A stretch of 64,000 nucleotides of DNA, taken from positions 2,663 to 66,662 of the forward strand of contig WRJE01000002.1 of NCBI GenBank assembly GCA_009782385.1, read 5' to 3'. The notes below the pieces were generated by a model. The model saw only the letters and a program-made list of their open reading frames with translations. It was not told the DNA's origin and searched no databases. Source of the stretch: Oscillospiraceae bacterium (GTDB lineage Bacteria; Bacillota; Clostridia; Oscillospirales; UBA929). The position numbers and the translations under genes were made by a program. Positions 34,701 to 44,372 of this stretch are shown in pieces. How positions within the stretch are numbered: position 1 is the stretch's first letter; each line of letters opens with the position of its first letter.

Positions 34701-37684
34701 AGCTCTTGTTCCTCTTGCGGAAGAAGGGAAACAGGCCCGTTTATGCACTCGCCCCTCAAAAACAATTCCTTCCATCTGTCGGGATAAGGGACTGCCGTTC
34801 CAACGACAGATTGCGAATCCTGCCGCCCGGGTTCAGATGTCCATGAATGGTTAAGGGCAAAATGTAAAACCCCGTCATGTGTCTCGTTTCGGCAGATTTG
34901 AACAAAATCCGCATCCTGACACCGCCCAATCAGTTCCATGCTATTGAACAGCGACTCGTTAAGATTCTCTCCATACGCTGTTGTAATCAACTCAACCGCA
35001 ACTTGGTTTATAACATTGAGCAGCTTATCACGCTGCTCGATTTCACGCATCATTTTTTTATGCTCGCGCAAATCCTGAATATACGCTATCACGGCATAGT
35101 CATCCTTGTATTCCACGCGGACAAGCACGACTTCCGCAGGAATCAGAGTGCCGTCAAGACTTCGATGCACCCATTCATGAACATGATCAAATCCCTCAAA
35201 AGCGTTTTTGATGCGGTTAAACAATGTCTCGTCCGAACGCTGACCGTTAGGTTGAAACTCAGGCGAAAAATCAAAGAAATTATCCAAGAACTGCTGTTTG
35301 TTCTCAACACCGAAAAGTCTCACACAAGCCTCGTTGCAATCAATGACGTTTATACTGCTGTCCCATATCATGCAGCCTCGCGGAGAAGAATCCAACATAA
35401 GTTTAACGAGCTTTTCGGATTCAAGCAGGCTCTGCTCCAGTTCCTTCATTTCGGTTATATCCGTGCTGAACTGTATGTGAGCTTTCCGACCGTCAGGCCA
35501 ATCAACATAGCGGTCAATATTTTTATAATGGCAGCTTGTCAGGGTGCTGTGTTCTTCCCAAATGACTGTTTTATCAGGTTCTTTGTCAAGCTGATAACAC
35601 GGACACCAATCGCATCTTTTATCCAATCCGTTAAATACACTATAACAATACTGCCCTATCACATCTCCCTCGATATTGTAGTGCCGTTTCATGCTGTCCG
35701 TTATAAACAATAACCTATCGGTGCTAATCTCGGTGACATAAATCATAACTTCCGATTTGTTTAGTATATTCTCCATAATATCGAGCGTTTCGTTTGACTC
35801 GCGCAGCGCGTCTTCAATCATCAGCTGCATATCTTCGCGTATAAAAGCGTTCGCGAAAATATGCGCCGCCGATAACAAAAGTTCAGCTTTCGCCGTGTCA
35901 TAATAACGTTCGTAATCTGAATATTTAGTAAAAACGACCGCGCCCCATAAATCGCCGTACATAATCGCGGGAGCTATAAATACCCACTTGATTCCCGCCG
36001 CGCTGAGAACAGCCGCCTCATCCTCGGGCATATCACAGACGCGGCTGTTGATAAAGACACCCTTTGATAATATCTCAACCCATTTGCTTACTATATCGGT
36101 TTCCGCGAGTATGGGCAAATTAGCGTCCGCTGGCGTGGTGCCGCCTTCAGACCTATCCCACAGATAAATCATCCGGGATTCTCCGGATCCTTTTTTCGCA
36201 AACCGGAAGATACCAACGCGATCAAGTGACAAAGCATCCGCAACCGGTCGGATACCGTTTGTCATAACATCATCGAAATTTTTCTCTTCGTATGAACAAA
36301 AAACGCTGATTGACTTATTATTCGCGTTAACAATTTCAGCGCGAATCCTAAGCGATTCCTCCATGCGCGTCTTTTCGTCTATGTCCTCCAACGCGCCCGC
36401 CGCGCGCAGCGGAAACCCCGATTTATCACGCATTGTATCGCCAAACGCGCGAAAATATCTGTATTCGCCGGTTTTCATTTTTAAGCGATAGACTAAATCA
36501 TATGGAGTTTTTCCGGTGCAATCGGTTATGTGTGCCTTAAAAGCGTTAAGCGTACTCTCCTTGTCATCGGGGTGGAGGCGGTCGCTCCAACTCGACAGGA
36601 CATTCGGAAAATCTTCTTCATCGGAAAAGCCGAGCATTGTTCGGAACTCCTGTGACCAATTAAAGCTATTATTTGGATTTATCGGATCGCCGCGCACGAT
36701 ATGCAAATCCCAGAGTGCTATGTTCAGCGCGTCGTTCGTGAGTTTATATTTCATGAAGTCATATTCCGTATCGGTTATATCAATCACGTACTGCACATGA
36801 GCTTTTTTACCGCCGGGCCAGTCTATGTATCTGTCGGTTCTTCTGTAAATACGGTTATTTCTGGCATTATGATCCTGCCATATAATTGTCTTGTTCGGTT
36901 CTTTGTCAAGTTGGTGGCAGGGGCAGAAATCGCATATGCCGTCCATATCGTCTTGAAACACTTTATAACAAGGCTGTCCTATGACATCTCCCGTAATATT
37001 GAAGCTGCGCTTAATAGCCTCATTCGCGAACAATATCTCTCCGGTTTCGGGTACTGTCACATAAATCATCGCGCTCGAACCCTCTAGCACCCGCGATGTT
37101 ATTTCATGGGCTTCATCGGCTTTCCTCGCGTTTTCCTCGCGGATTATCGTCCCGGCGCACAACCGCGCAATCGCGCGGTACATTTCGGTGTCTTCCGCAA
37201 AAAATCTCTCACGGGTATAATCCTCAAACGAGATAACTCCCCACAGTTTTCCGTATGTAAAGATAGGGACTAAGAAAAGGGACTTTACATCAAACGCGCT
37301 CAAAAAAGCAAACTCGTCCGCAGACATTTCACTTTCGCGCAAATCAATGCAAATGTCTTTAGAGACGAGTTCAATCCATCGGTCTATTATTTTAAGTTCG
37401 GGAAGTATCAGCAGCTCACTGTCCAAGGACGTAGTGCCGCCCGCTTTCTTTTTCCAACGGTATGTCTGCCCGAAGCGCGAAACTCCGGCTATGTCAAAAA
37501 GACGGTAAATCGCGATACCGCCAAAATCAGCCGCGTCCGCGAACGGCCACAGGCCGTTTTCTAAAACATCTTCGAGCGTTTTCTCGTTATAGGCAACAAA
37601 TATTTCAACGGCCTTTTGCAAGGCGTTGACCATCGCGGTCTGCCGTCCGATTCCACTGTTATTATTTACGGCATCATCAGGCAT
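31772..37684 (-). CDS. Giant hybrid sensor histidine kinase (1970 aa): 4 GAF, about 5 PAS, HisKA, HATPase_c, REC, Hpt
   Basis: It has the H-box SHEIRTPMNAIIGM, an N/G-box (LNNAVKYT, DTGMGI, GTGLGLAI), REC (VLVVDD...DLIFMDHMMPEMDG...ALTANA) and Hpt (HGIKGSLSLVGA). Sensor modules are internally duplicated. Confidence 0.85.
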   Translation of the reverse strand: MPDDAVNNNSGIGRQTAMVNALQKAVEIFVAYNEKTLEDVLENGLWPFADAADFGGIAIYRLFDIAGVSRFGQTYRWKKKAGGTTSLDSELLILPELKIIDRWIELVSKDICIDLRESEMSADEFAFLSAFDVKSLFLVPIFTYGKLWGVISFEDYTRERFFAEDTEMYRAIARLCAGTIIREENARKADEAHEITSRVLEGSSAMIYVTVPETGEILFANEAIKRSFNITGDVIGQPCYKVFQDDMDGICDFCPCHQLDKEPNKTIIWQDHNARNNRIYRRTDRYIDWPGGKKAHVQYVIDITDTEYDFMKYKLTNDALNIALWDLHIVRGDPINPNNSFNWSQEFRTMLGFSDEEDFPNVLSSWSDRLHPDDKESTLNAFKAHITDCTGKTPYDLVYRLKMKTGEYRYFRAFGDTMRDKSGFPLRAAGALEDIDEKTRMEESLRIRAEIVNANNKSISVFCSYEEKNFDDVMTNGIRPVADALSLDRVGIFRFAKKGSGESRMIYLWDRSEGGTTPADANLPILAETDIVSKWVEILSKGVFINSRVCDMPEDEAAVLSAAGIKWVFIAPAIMYGDLWGAVVFTKYSDYERYYDTAKAELLLSAAHIFANAFIREDMQLMIEDALRESNETLDIMENILNKSEVMIYVTEISTDRLLFITDSMKRHYNIEGDVIGQYCYSVFNGLDKRCDWCPCYQLDKEPDKTVIWEEHSTLTSCHYKNIDRYVDWPDGRKAHIQFSTDITEMKELEQSLLESEKLVKLMLDSSPRGCMIWDSSINVIDCNEACVRLFGVENKQQFLDNFFDFSPEFQPNGQRSDETLFNRIKNAFEGFDHVHEWVHRSLDGTLIPAEVVLVRVEYKDDYAVIAYIQDLREHKKMMREIEQRDKLLNVINQVAVELITTAYGENLNESLFNSMELIGRCQDADFVQICRNETHDGVLHFALNHSWTSEPGRQDSQSVVGTAVPYPDRWKELFLRGECINGPVSLLPQEEQELFDPIKSTITIPLFFEEEFWGIFCVDDCRREYFFSEDEAGILRSAGLMLVTAIYRNEQDAKLNEAHERAKAIMDVSPIGTTLWDRQSRLFDCNEAYVRLFNLKNINEFIERHHELSPERQPDGCLSADKITAMVQTAFDTGGCDFEWMHQTIDGTPIPCHISLLRVAYEDDYAVAGYLRDLREQQKMSSAIERRDKLMNMSNQVAGVLLQSETENFDSDLVHCMEIFGKTVNADRATVWTNSVRDGRLYCTQIYEWAEGVESQINKDLTKEVSYDDVIPGWEETLKNGHCINKFVRDMSAAEQRQLSVQGIQSLCVIPLFLRGHFWGYMGLDHCHGEGRIFDETELDILRSCALMIANTLLRHEMIQEMLRSMEREKDLEIQRQAAQAASDAKTQFLANMSHEIRTPMNAIIGMSDLLLSEDLNIRQHRYAEDIRISGLALIDIINSILDLSKIQTAKLSLLPVHYNIKMLIDHIGSMIIFLIKDKDKKLFFDVDIQSELPECLYGDDVRLRQILLNLLNNAVKYTKKGGIALTIGVDGSNMMITVSDTGMGIPEEDLPILFNAFEQADVNNNRYQEGTGLGLAITKSLVDLMGGSISVESVYGEGSTFTITLPFVPGDKNLIKHMDSDADIVYAPTAKVLVVDDRETNLNVICGLLNQCLIDADKAISGALSIEMTANNQYDLIFMDHMMPEMDGIEATKILRDMGVGIPIIALTANAVSGARELLLSSGMDDFLSKPIDKAELYRVLKEWIPEDKFVDNPNTPDNGAADMNENDKDFWHKIYGIKGLSADIGLDTAAGQVSVYKNTLEIFTREMRESIDNLTKFLADKDMKSFRTEVHGIKGSLSLVGALGMSSEALKLENASMEDNIELCGLRLPNFIAELTTLYAELNNAFSDLRERQSVPELPPKLLPILGRITDAMANTDYSALFDELDLLDGVETGGTLTDEIVNLKEAVQIMNYGHAADIIERLTSLP

Positions 37685-37697
37685 AGATTTTCAACTC

Positions 37698-38687
37698 CTA
37701 ATTCACTTCATCCATGTATTTTCTGGCTTTAACCAGCAGATTCACGTGATTTGACGGCTTGACGATAAAATCACTGATGCCTATGCTTATGCCTTTCTCG
37801 ATATTTTCCCTTGATGCGTTTCCCGTTAGGAACAGTATCGGGGTATCCGCGTATTTGCTGTCGGCGCGAATACGCCGCGCCAACTCAAACCCGTCCATTT
37901 CAGGCATTTCGATATCGAGATAGAATAGGTCAATTTTTTGGCGTGTCATGATTTCCAGAGCCTGTTTGCCGCCCGGAGCTCCAAGAACCTTATAGTGTCC
38001 TCTTAAAGCGGCGTTTACATTGGACAGTATTTCCGGCCTGTCGTCAACTGCCATTACTGTTTTTAGGGTCTTAGCCGTGCTTTTACGCTGAATAAGCTCG
38101 ATGTGTTCTTTCTCCACTGTGTCCGCCAACTCGCCCGCCTTGCCGTATTGCCCGGTCTTGAGTATGTTGTGCAGTTTAACGAACGCGCCGTCCGTCTTTT
38201 GCATATCGAGAGCCAGACTTTGCGCCTTTTCATAATCTCGGATGTCAATCATCCTTTTAATCGCTGAAAGACCGCGCACTATCTCTTCATTTTTTTCAAC
38301 CTGCTTGTACTTAATCGGCTGAGACGTGCCTATCATTTGAGCTTTCTGCATTTCAATGGAGAGCAGCAATAAATCCGCGATAGCTTGCTGAAGCAGCCGT
38401 TGGCAATAAGCTATGCCGCGTGTGTTCGCGGCGTTTATAAGCGCGTTAATATATGATACGCACTGCTTTGCGTACACGGATTGCAGCATGGACTGTATTG
38501 TTTCAAGCGTATCTATGAAAGTCTTTGTATCCTTGCGGTTAAAGCTGTCCTCCAAGCGTTCCGTGTACAGTTCAATTCTGCTGATGTAATCGTCTATATC
38601 TTTTTCAATCGACATCGGCGTTTGGAACGGTACGAACAGACCCTTAACCCTATAGCAATATGAACTGCTATTACTGTTTTTCGGCAT
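37698..38687 (-). CDS. Response regulator: N-terminal helical domain of about 200 aa with unknown function, plus C-terminal REC
   Basis: The REC block is VMAVDDRPEIL...LFYLDIEMPEMDG...ILFLTGN...DFIVKP. Confidence 0.75.
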   Translation of the reverse strand: MPKNSNSSSYCYRVKGLFVPFQTPMSIEKDIDDYISRIELYTERLEDSFNRKDTKTFIDTLETIQSMLQSVYAKQCVSYINALINAANTRGIAYCQRLLQQAIADLLLLSIEMQKAQMIGTSQPIKYKQVEKNEEIVRGLSAIKRMIDIRDYEKAQSLALDMQKTDGAFVKLHNILKTGQYGKAGELADTVEKEHIELIQRKSTAKTLKTVMAVDDRPEILSNVNAALRGHYKVLGAPGGKQALEIMTRQKIDLFYLDIEMPEMDGFELARRIRADSKYADTPILFLTGNASRENIEKGISIGISDFIVKPSNHVNLLVKARKYMDEVN

Positions 38688-38727
38688 ATTAAATCAATCC
38701 CGTTTCTTTATTTGATTTTGGAGACTA

Positions 38728-40560
38728 TTATTCTCCGTAATTTCCCGCGGCGGGAAGCGCGCCTCCGATTTTACGGGGCATCGCGATTTGTTTGCCGTCC
38801 GCGCCGTGAGACGGGGCGGACAAACCGCTCCGTATATGTTTCGCGTCTCCCCTCAGCTTGAACTGAGCGACCATTTCTTCAAGCACAGCTGCCTGACCGC
38901 TCATCTCTTCGGATGACGCGGCACTCTGCTCCGATGTCGCGCTGTTTGCCTGCACGACTTGCGCTACTTGGCTGATGCCCTGATTAATCTGATGTATTCC
39001 AAGCAGCTGCTGTTCGGATGATTCCGCTATATCATGGACAATCTGAGTGCTTTCATTAATGCCGGACACGATAGCTTCAAGGCTCGCGGCGGTATCTTGA
39101 GCAATGCGTGAACCCAGTTCCGCTTTTTCTATGGAGTTGGCAATAAGACCGCCGGTATCCCGAGCCGCCGCCGCGCTTTTGCTGGCGAGATTGCGAACTT
39201 CTTCCGCTACAACCGAGAAACCTTTACCGTGCTGTCCCGCTCTCGCCGCCTCCACAGCGGCGTTAAGGGCGAGGATATTTGTCTGGAATGCTATATCGTC
39301 TATTACATGGATAACCTTATCTATGCTCTGGCTTGCTTGATTTATTTCATGAACCGCTGTCATCATTTCGTTCATCTTGAGACTGCCCTTTTCAGCGGCA
39401 TCTTTAATCGTGTTGGCAAGCGCGGCGGCTCGTCCCGCTTTATCGTTGGTTTCCCGCGTCTGATTCGCTATTTCACTGACGGAAGCCGACAGCTGCTGAA
39501 CCGAGGCGGCCTGCTGAGTCGAGCCTTGCGCCAACGCCTGAGAGCCGTCAGCGATTTGCCTTGATCCCACCGCGACTTGCGCGGAGGCGTTATTCATTTC
39601 CGTAAATATTTTATTTAAGTTTTCGGTCAAATATTTTACCGACCGACCCATCGTATCGGTGCTTGAAATAACCTCTATTTCTGTTGTAAGGTCGCCGCCC
39701 GCCAAAGAATCTAATTCATGTGATATATGGGATATATGCTGCATGAAGTGGTCGATGTCCACAATCATCCTGCCGATTTCATCTTTAGCCTGACCGTATT
39801 TTTCAAGGGAGCGGGTCTCTTCGTCACTGTGGGAAATATCTCCCGTGTCTCCGGCTCTTCTCATGAAAGCTGACAGCACTAAAAGCGGCTTGCTGATGTG
39901 GCTTGACAGATAAACGGCAAGCATAACGGCGAGAATTACACAGACCGCCACCAACGCTATGATAATCGCCGTCAGCAGTTGTGCCCTACTGTCCATATTT
40001 TCAGATTCGCTCTCCACCATTTCGATAGAGGGTGTCAGCATCGCGGCTAACAGACTGTTTATATCGCCCGTTAGAGGGATGACATCCCTAAGCATTTTAG
40101 TGGCTTCCGATCCGTTGCCGGAGAGCGCGAGGTCTCTGACCTTGTCGGCTTCCAGACGGAACTGTTCCACAAGGTTTTTCAATTTATCGGCATTTGCCGC
40201 GCCTTGGGCTTTATCCGCCGAATCTATTTTAGTGTCGTTATCATAGCTGTGAACATACCTGTTCAGATTTTCGGTAAATGCCGCGTAAGCCGCTTGGAAC
40301 TGAGGCGTTAGAGTTCCGGTGATAATGTCGGGATTCTCGTATTCCATGGCGTAGTTAGCAACTCTGTACCTCATCATGGTAAAGTTAAGCTGCATATCAC
40401 GCAAATCGCGCTCCCTTTCGACCGTGTTTTCCAATAAGTGAGTATAGTTGCTGTGCGTTGACATTCCCAGATAGATTCCGACACCGGCTATAAAAATAGC
40501 CAATGAGGTGATAATGAGAAAACTAATAATGAGCTTCATCAAAATCCTCATATTTTTCAT
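38728..40560 (-). CDS. Methyl-accepting chemotaxis protein (4HB-like sensor, HAMP, MA domain)
   Basis: The start is MKNMRIL after GGAG. The highly conserved signalling hairpin [37 protein letters not shown] is present. Confidence 0.9.
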   Translation of the reverse strand: MKNMRILMKLIISFLIITSLAIFIAGVGIYLGMSTHSNYTHLLENTVERERDLRDMQLNFTMMRYRVANYAMEYENPDIITGTLTPQFQAAYAAFTENLNRYVHSYDNDTKIDSADKAQGAANADKLKNLVEQFRLEADKVRDLALSGNGSEATKMLRDVIPLTGDINSLLAAMLTPSIEMVESESENMDSRAQLLTAIIIALVAVCVILAVMLAVYLSSHISKPLLVLSAFMRRAGDTGDISHSDEETRSLEKYGQAKDEIGRMIVDIDHFMQHISHISHELDSLAGGDLTTEIEVISSTDTMGRSVKYLTENLNKIFTEMNNASAQVAVGSRQIADGSQALAQGSTQQAASVQQLSASVSEIANQTRETNDKAGRAAALANTIKDAAEKGSLKMNEMMTAVHEINQASQSIDKVIHVIDDIAFQTNILALNAAVEAARAGQHGKGFSVVAEEVRNLASKSAAAARDTGGLIANSIEKAELGSRIAQDTAASLEAIVSGINESTQIVHDIAESSEQQLLGIHQINQGISQVAQVVQANSATSEQSAASSEEMSGQAAVLEEMVAQFKLRGDAKHIRSGLSAPSHGADGKQIAMPRKIGGALPAAGNYGE

Positions 40561-40716
40561 TACTACATCTCCATTTATACTAATATATGAATACCACTCA
40601 AGCACAATCAGAGCATACTCTGTTGGCTAGAATTTATTCCGCTCCCTGCTACTCGCCCCACTGCTTTTATCATTTCCCTTTTTTCTTGTGACTACTATAT
40701 TTTGGCACTACCTGAA

Positions 40717-40977
40717 TTAATGTCTGGGCGATGTTTTTATTTTCTCGATGGCCGCTGTTATGGCTGAAATAATATCCACCTTGTTTTGGTTGTCAAACTC
40801 ACTCAGCTTGGCATACATATTGCCCGCCTCTGACACTACATAATGAGGTTTCAGGGCGTTGAGGGACAGAGCCATAACGTCAAGCCTGCATTTATCGCAT
40901 TTGCAAATGCCGGATTCTTGAATCAGCACACCCATATTTTGCGCTACAGCGTCTTCCATATAGTTTTTCAGAACCAC
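40717..40977 (-). CDS. comFB: ComFB family protein
   Basis: It is 86 aa, with a GTG start after AGGGGGG. The pattern NYMEDAV...CKCDKCRLDVMALSLNALKPHYV is typical of ComFB. Confidence 0.7.
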   Translation of the reverse strand: MVLKNYMEDAVAQNMGVLIQESGICKCDKCRLDVMALSLNALKPHYVVSEAGNMYAKLSEFDNQNKVDIISAITAAIEKIKTSPRH

Positions 40978-41147
40978 AAGACGACCCCCCTAAATATTGT
41001 GCTTTTTTCACATTATACCACCGCTTAAATATTTTGTAAACCGTTTCTTTCTCATTTTAGTAATTCACTCACCGCTCAATGCCAGTATCCCGCTCTATCT
41101 GACCTCCCGTCCGGTCGCCGGGCGTGTTACATTGCGCGAAGGTCGGT

Positions 41148-44100
41148 TTAGTCCGCTAAAAAGTCGTCAATGGCATTTTTTGCTTCATCGAAATCACTGT
41201 ACAGCAAGAGTTCGGCGAGCTTGCCCAACAGCTCTTTCTCCGCCGCCGTCCATACCTTTTCGCGCAGTTCCGCCAGAGCCGCATCGGCGGTATTGCCGTC
41301 ATATTCATCGCACGCATCTTTGATTACACGCAGTTTCTCTTTAAGCAACTCTGTATTTTCAGCGGTTTGCTCCCCGGCAGTTTCGTCTTCTTCCGGTGTA
41401 AGCCTGTCAATAACCTCTTGAAGCGATATAAGGAATCCGGGTGTGTCGGATTCCGCCAGCTTTAGATTTCCATCGCGCCCCGCAGCCTCCAACTTCTGAG
41501 CGACCGCCGACAAATCGGCTTCCCCGATGTTGGCGAGCGCGGATTTAATGCCGTGGACATTGATGACATAGGTTCGCATATCCTCTTCATAGCTGTTATT
41601 CTTTGTGATGGTGTCGAGAGTATTAAGTGCTTTGGCGGCATCGCGCACGAATATTTCCGCAAATCGGGGGTCGATTGACGATGTGCCGTTGGGGGAGGAC
41701 GGCGTGTCAGGGATGCCGTGCCCTGCGGCGTTACGCGCCGCTTCCAAAACTTCAGGCGGCTGTTTGTCGCGGATTAGTTTATTCAAGACAGCGTTGAGCT
41801 GGCGTACATCTATCGGTTTTGAGATGAAGTCTGTAAATCCGTTGGCTATGAATATGTCGGCTTGACCGACCACGGCGTTGGCGGTCAGCGCGACTATGGG
41901 GTGAGAGTAACCCATACCTCTGATGAGCTGTGTTGCTTCGATACCGTCCATTTTGGGCATCATGTGATCCATGAAGATTATATCGTATTCGTTTCCCGCT
42001 TTGACTTTATCGATTGCCTCATAACCGCTTGACGCGGTATCTATTGATAAGCCGTAAGGGGTCATAAGCCCTTGGGCGACATATACATTCGTCTCGACAT
42101 CGTCTACCACTAAAACCTTGCCGTATGGCATCGGCTCATGGGTGAATTGGAAATTCTTCATTTGCGACCTTCTGTCCATACGGAACTGTTGGAGGTTATC
42201 CGCCGTCTCCTTGCCAAGCACGTCTTCACCAACTCTGCCCTGCGACAGCCGCACAACGAACACCGACCCTTTGCCCGGCTCGCTCTCTATGATAATCTCG
42301 CCGTCCATCATGCGTATGAGGTTGCGCGTAATGCTCATTCCAAGTCCCGTACCCTCGGTTGTACGGTTGGCTTCCATGTTGAACCGCGCGTACTCATCGA
42401 ACAGCTTCTCTACCTGTTCCTTTGACATACCCTGCCCTGTATCGCTGACGCTGACGACCAGAGTAATCTCGCCGTCATTTTTGCCATCGTCAAAAGATAC
42501 CGAAAGTGTAACCTTGCCCTCGTCCGTATACTTGAAAGCGTTGGAGAGCAGATTGTTAAGGATTTGTTTAACGCGGAGTTCATCGCCCAGCATCTTAACG
42601 GGAAGGTTTTCATCTACATTAAGTAAAAACTCGATGGGCTTGCTGCCGATACGCATCATATTCAACTGAGCCGTATCGCCGATAAGTCCCGCCAATTCGT
42701 AGTTTGCCTCTATAAGCTCGAGTTTGCCCGCCTCAATCTTAGACAGGTCAAGTATATCGTTTATAATGCCGAGCAGCATATTACCGGAGGCGTGTATTTT
42801 TTCAAGTCCGACACGGATGTTTCCATCCATGTTTTCGCTTTGGAGCTGGATGTCAGTTATGCCGAGGATTGCGTTCATCGGAGTGCGTATCTCATGGCTC
42901 ATTGTGCTGAGGAACGCGCTCTTTGCCTTGTTCGCCTCGGTAGCTTCTTCAAGCGCATCGGTGAGTTTTTCATTCATTTTGTTGAGCTGTATGGACTGCT
43001 CATGGCGGATAATCGCGTTTACCAGCATCAAACCCGAGGATGTCAGCATATTAACCTCATCATCCGGAAAAACGCGCTCCTGTTTGCAGTCGTCAATGCA
43101 GACTATACCCCAAAACTCGCCGTGAGAGAACAGCGGGATTGTGAGTGTGGATTTCAAGCCGATGGATTCCATGGCTTCCCGGTCTTCGGTTTCAAGTTTT
43201 GAAACGGGACCGTTTATTGTGCCGCCATCGGCGAGCAGCCCTTGCCACGATTTGCTGTATTTAAGTCTTGTTCCTATCGGTATGGGATTGCTGTCAGATA
43301 CCGTGTTGTCCCAGTTATGTTTGAGGGTGTAATGGAGGATGCCGCCGATTGTTTCGTTCTGCCAGATTTGAACGCGGTCGGCGTTCATGTTGCCCCCTAT
43401 CAATTTCATGCACCCCATCAGTGATTCTTTGAAAATATCTTCACTAACGGGCGTGAGCAGCGCGGACGCGACCCTGTTCGTAATCCCAATCAGTTCGCTG
43501 TGATGCGCGGTTTTTCTCTCCATTTTTTTATGTTCGCGCGACAGCAATAGTCCCACAATGGAGATAATTATGCTTGCCACCAATGTTATAATAAAATCCG
43601 TGCGTTTAATACGCTCTATATCCGCAACGGTCTTGTCAATATCCTCGTAATAATTTCCGGTGCTGATATACCATCCGTAAGGCTCATATATCAAAGTGTA
43701 ACCTCTTTTTTGATATGAACCGCTTTCATCACCTGGCTTTCCGAAGTAAAAATCTGAAAATCCGCCGCCTTCATTCCCACGCGCGATGAAGTTGCGGATT
43801 AGATATGTACCTTCCTGATCCTGCACGTCCCAACGCATAGTACCCTCGTTCGCGGGGTTATAGTGAACCACGCAATATCCATCGGACATATCGGCCCAGA
43901 AGTAACCATCGTCTATTTTGTCAGGCGCGCTGTTGTAGCGCGTGTCACGAACCAGTTTTTTAGCGTTTTCTATCGCGGTTTCTTCCGAAATATCACCGTC
44001 AAGATACATCTTGCGGTTTATTTCCAAGGTGCTGATTAGCGTTTCGACCGCGATTCTTATGTTGTTGTCAAACCCGTCTTTAACATACATGACTTCCTGT

Positions 44101-44234
44101 TTTAGAGCCACGTTTAGGTTAATAAGCGACAGCGTTGAAAGGATAACGACAAAGACAATTATAATCGCTCCGATTGGAAGCCGCATTTTCCGCTGCATAA
44201 CATCACACCCACTCACTCTATTTGCGTTAATCAT
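41148..44234 (-). CDS. Hybrid sensor histidine kinase: sCache_2-like periplasmic domain, TM, GAF, HisKA, HATPase_c, REC, Hpt
   Basis: It has the Cache motif DDGYFWADMSDGYCVVH and the H-box SHEIRTPMNAILG. G-boxes are present, with REC (VLVVDD...FMDHMMPKMDG) and Hpt (HGIKSALANIG). An alternative start is MQRKMRLP at 44198. Confidence 0.85.
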   Translation of the reverse strand: MINANRVSGCDVMQRKMRLPIGAIIIVFVVILSTLSLINLNVALKQEVMYVKDGFDNNIRIAVETLISTLEINRKMYLDGDISEETAIENAKKLVRDTRYNSAPDKIDDGYFWADMSDGYCVVHYNPANEGTMRWDVQDQEGTYLIRNFIARGNEGGGFSDFYFGKPGDESGSYQKRGYTLIYEPYGWYISTGNYYEDIDKTVADIERIKRTDFIITLVASIIISIVGLLLSREHKKMERKTAHHSELIGITNRVASALLTPVSEDIFKESLMGCMKLIGGNMNADRVQIWQNETIGGILHYTLKHNWDNTVSDSNPIPIGTRLKYSKSWQGLLADGGTINGPVSKLETEDREAMESIGLKSTLTIPLFSHGEFWGIVCIDDCKQERVFPDDEVNMLTSSGLMLVNAIIRHEQSIQLNKMNEKLTDALEEATEANKAKSAFLSTMSHEIRTPMNAILGITDIQLQSENMDGNIRVGLEKIHASGNMLLGIINDILDLSKIEAGKLELIEANYELAGLIGDTAQLNMMRIGSKPIEFLLNVDENLPVKMLGDELRVKQILNNLLSNAFKYTDEGKVTLSVSFDDGKNDGEITLVVSVSDTGQGMSKEQVEKLFDEYARFNMEANRTTEGTGLGMSITRNLIRMMDGEIIIESEPGKGSVFVVRLSQGRVGEDVLGKETADNLQQFRMDRRSQMKNFQFTHEPMPYGKVLVVDDVETNVYVAQGLMTPYGLSIDTASSGYEAIDKVKAGNEYDIIFMDHMMPKMDGIEATQLIRGMGYSHPIVALTANAVVGQADIFIANGFTDFISKPIDVRQLNAVLNKLIRDKQPPEVLEAARNAAGHGIPDTPSSPNGTSSIDPRFAEIFVRDAAKALNTLDTITKNNSYEEDMRTYVINVHGIKSALANIGEADLSAVAQKLEAAGRDGNLKLAESDTPGFLISLQEVIDRLTPEEDETAGEQTAENTELLKEKLRVIKDACDEYDGNTADAALAELREKVWTAAEKELLGKLAELLLYSDFDEAKNAIDDFLAD

Positions 44235-44372
44235 ATCACAGCGGCGGGAGCTTTACAAGTCCGTTGACGAAAAGACGAAAAAGTAAAGTGCATGAAAAAG
44301 CCGTTATGCCTGCTGCAACGGGCAAAACGGCGGACACTGCCGCTCACCCCTGCACAAACTGCACCACAAGTT

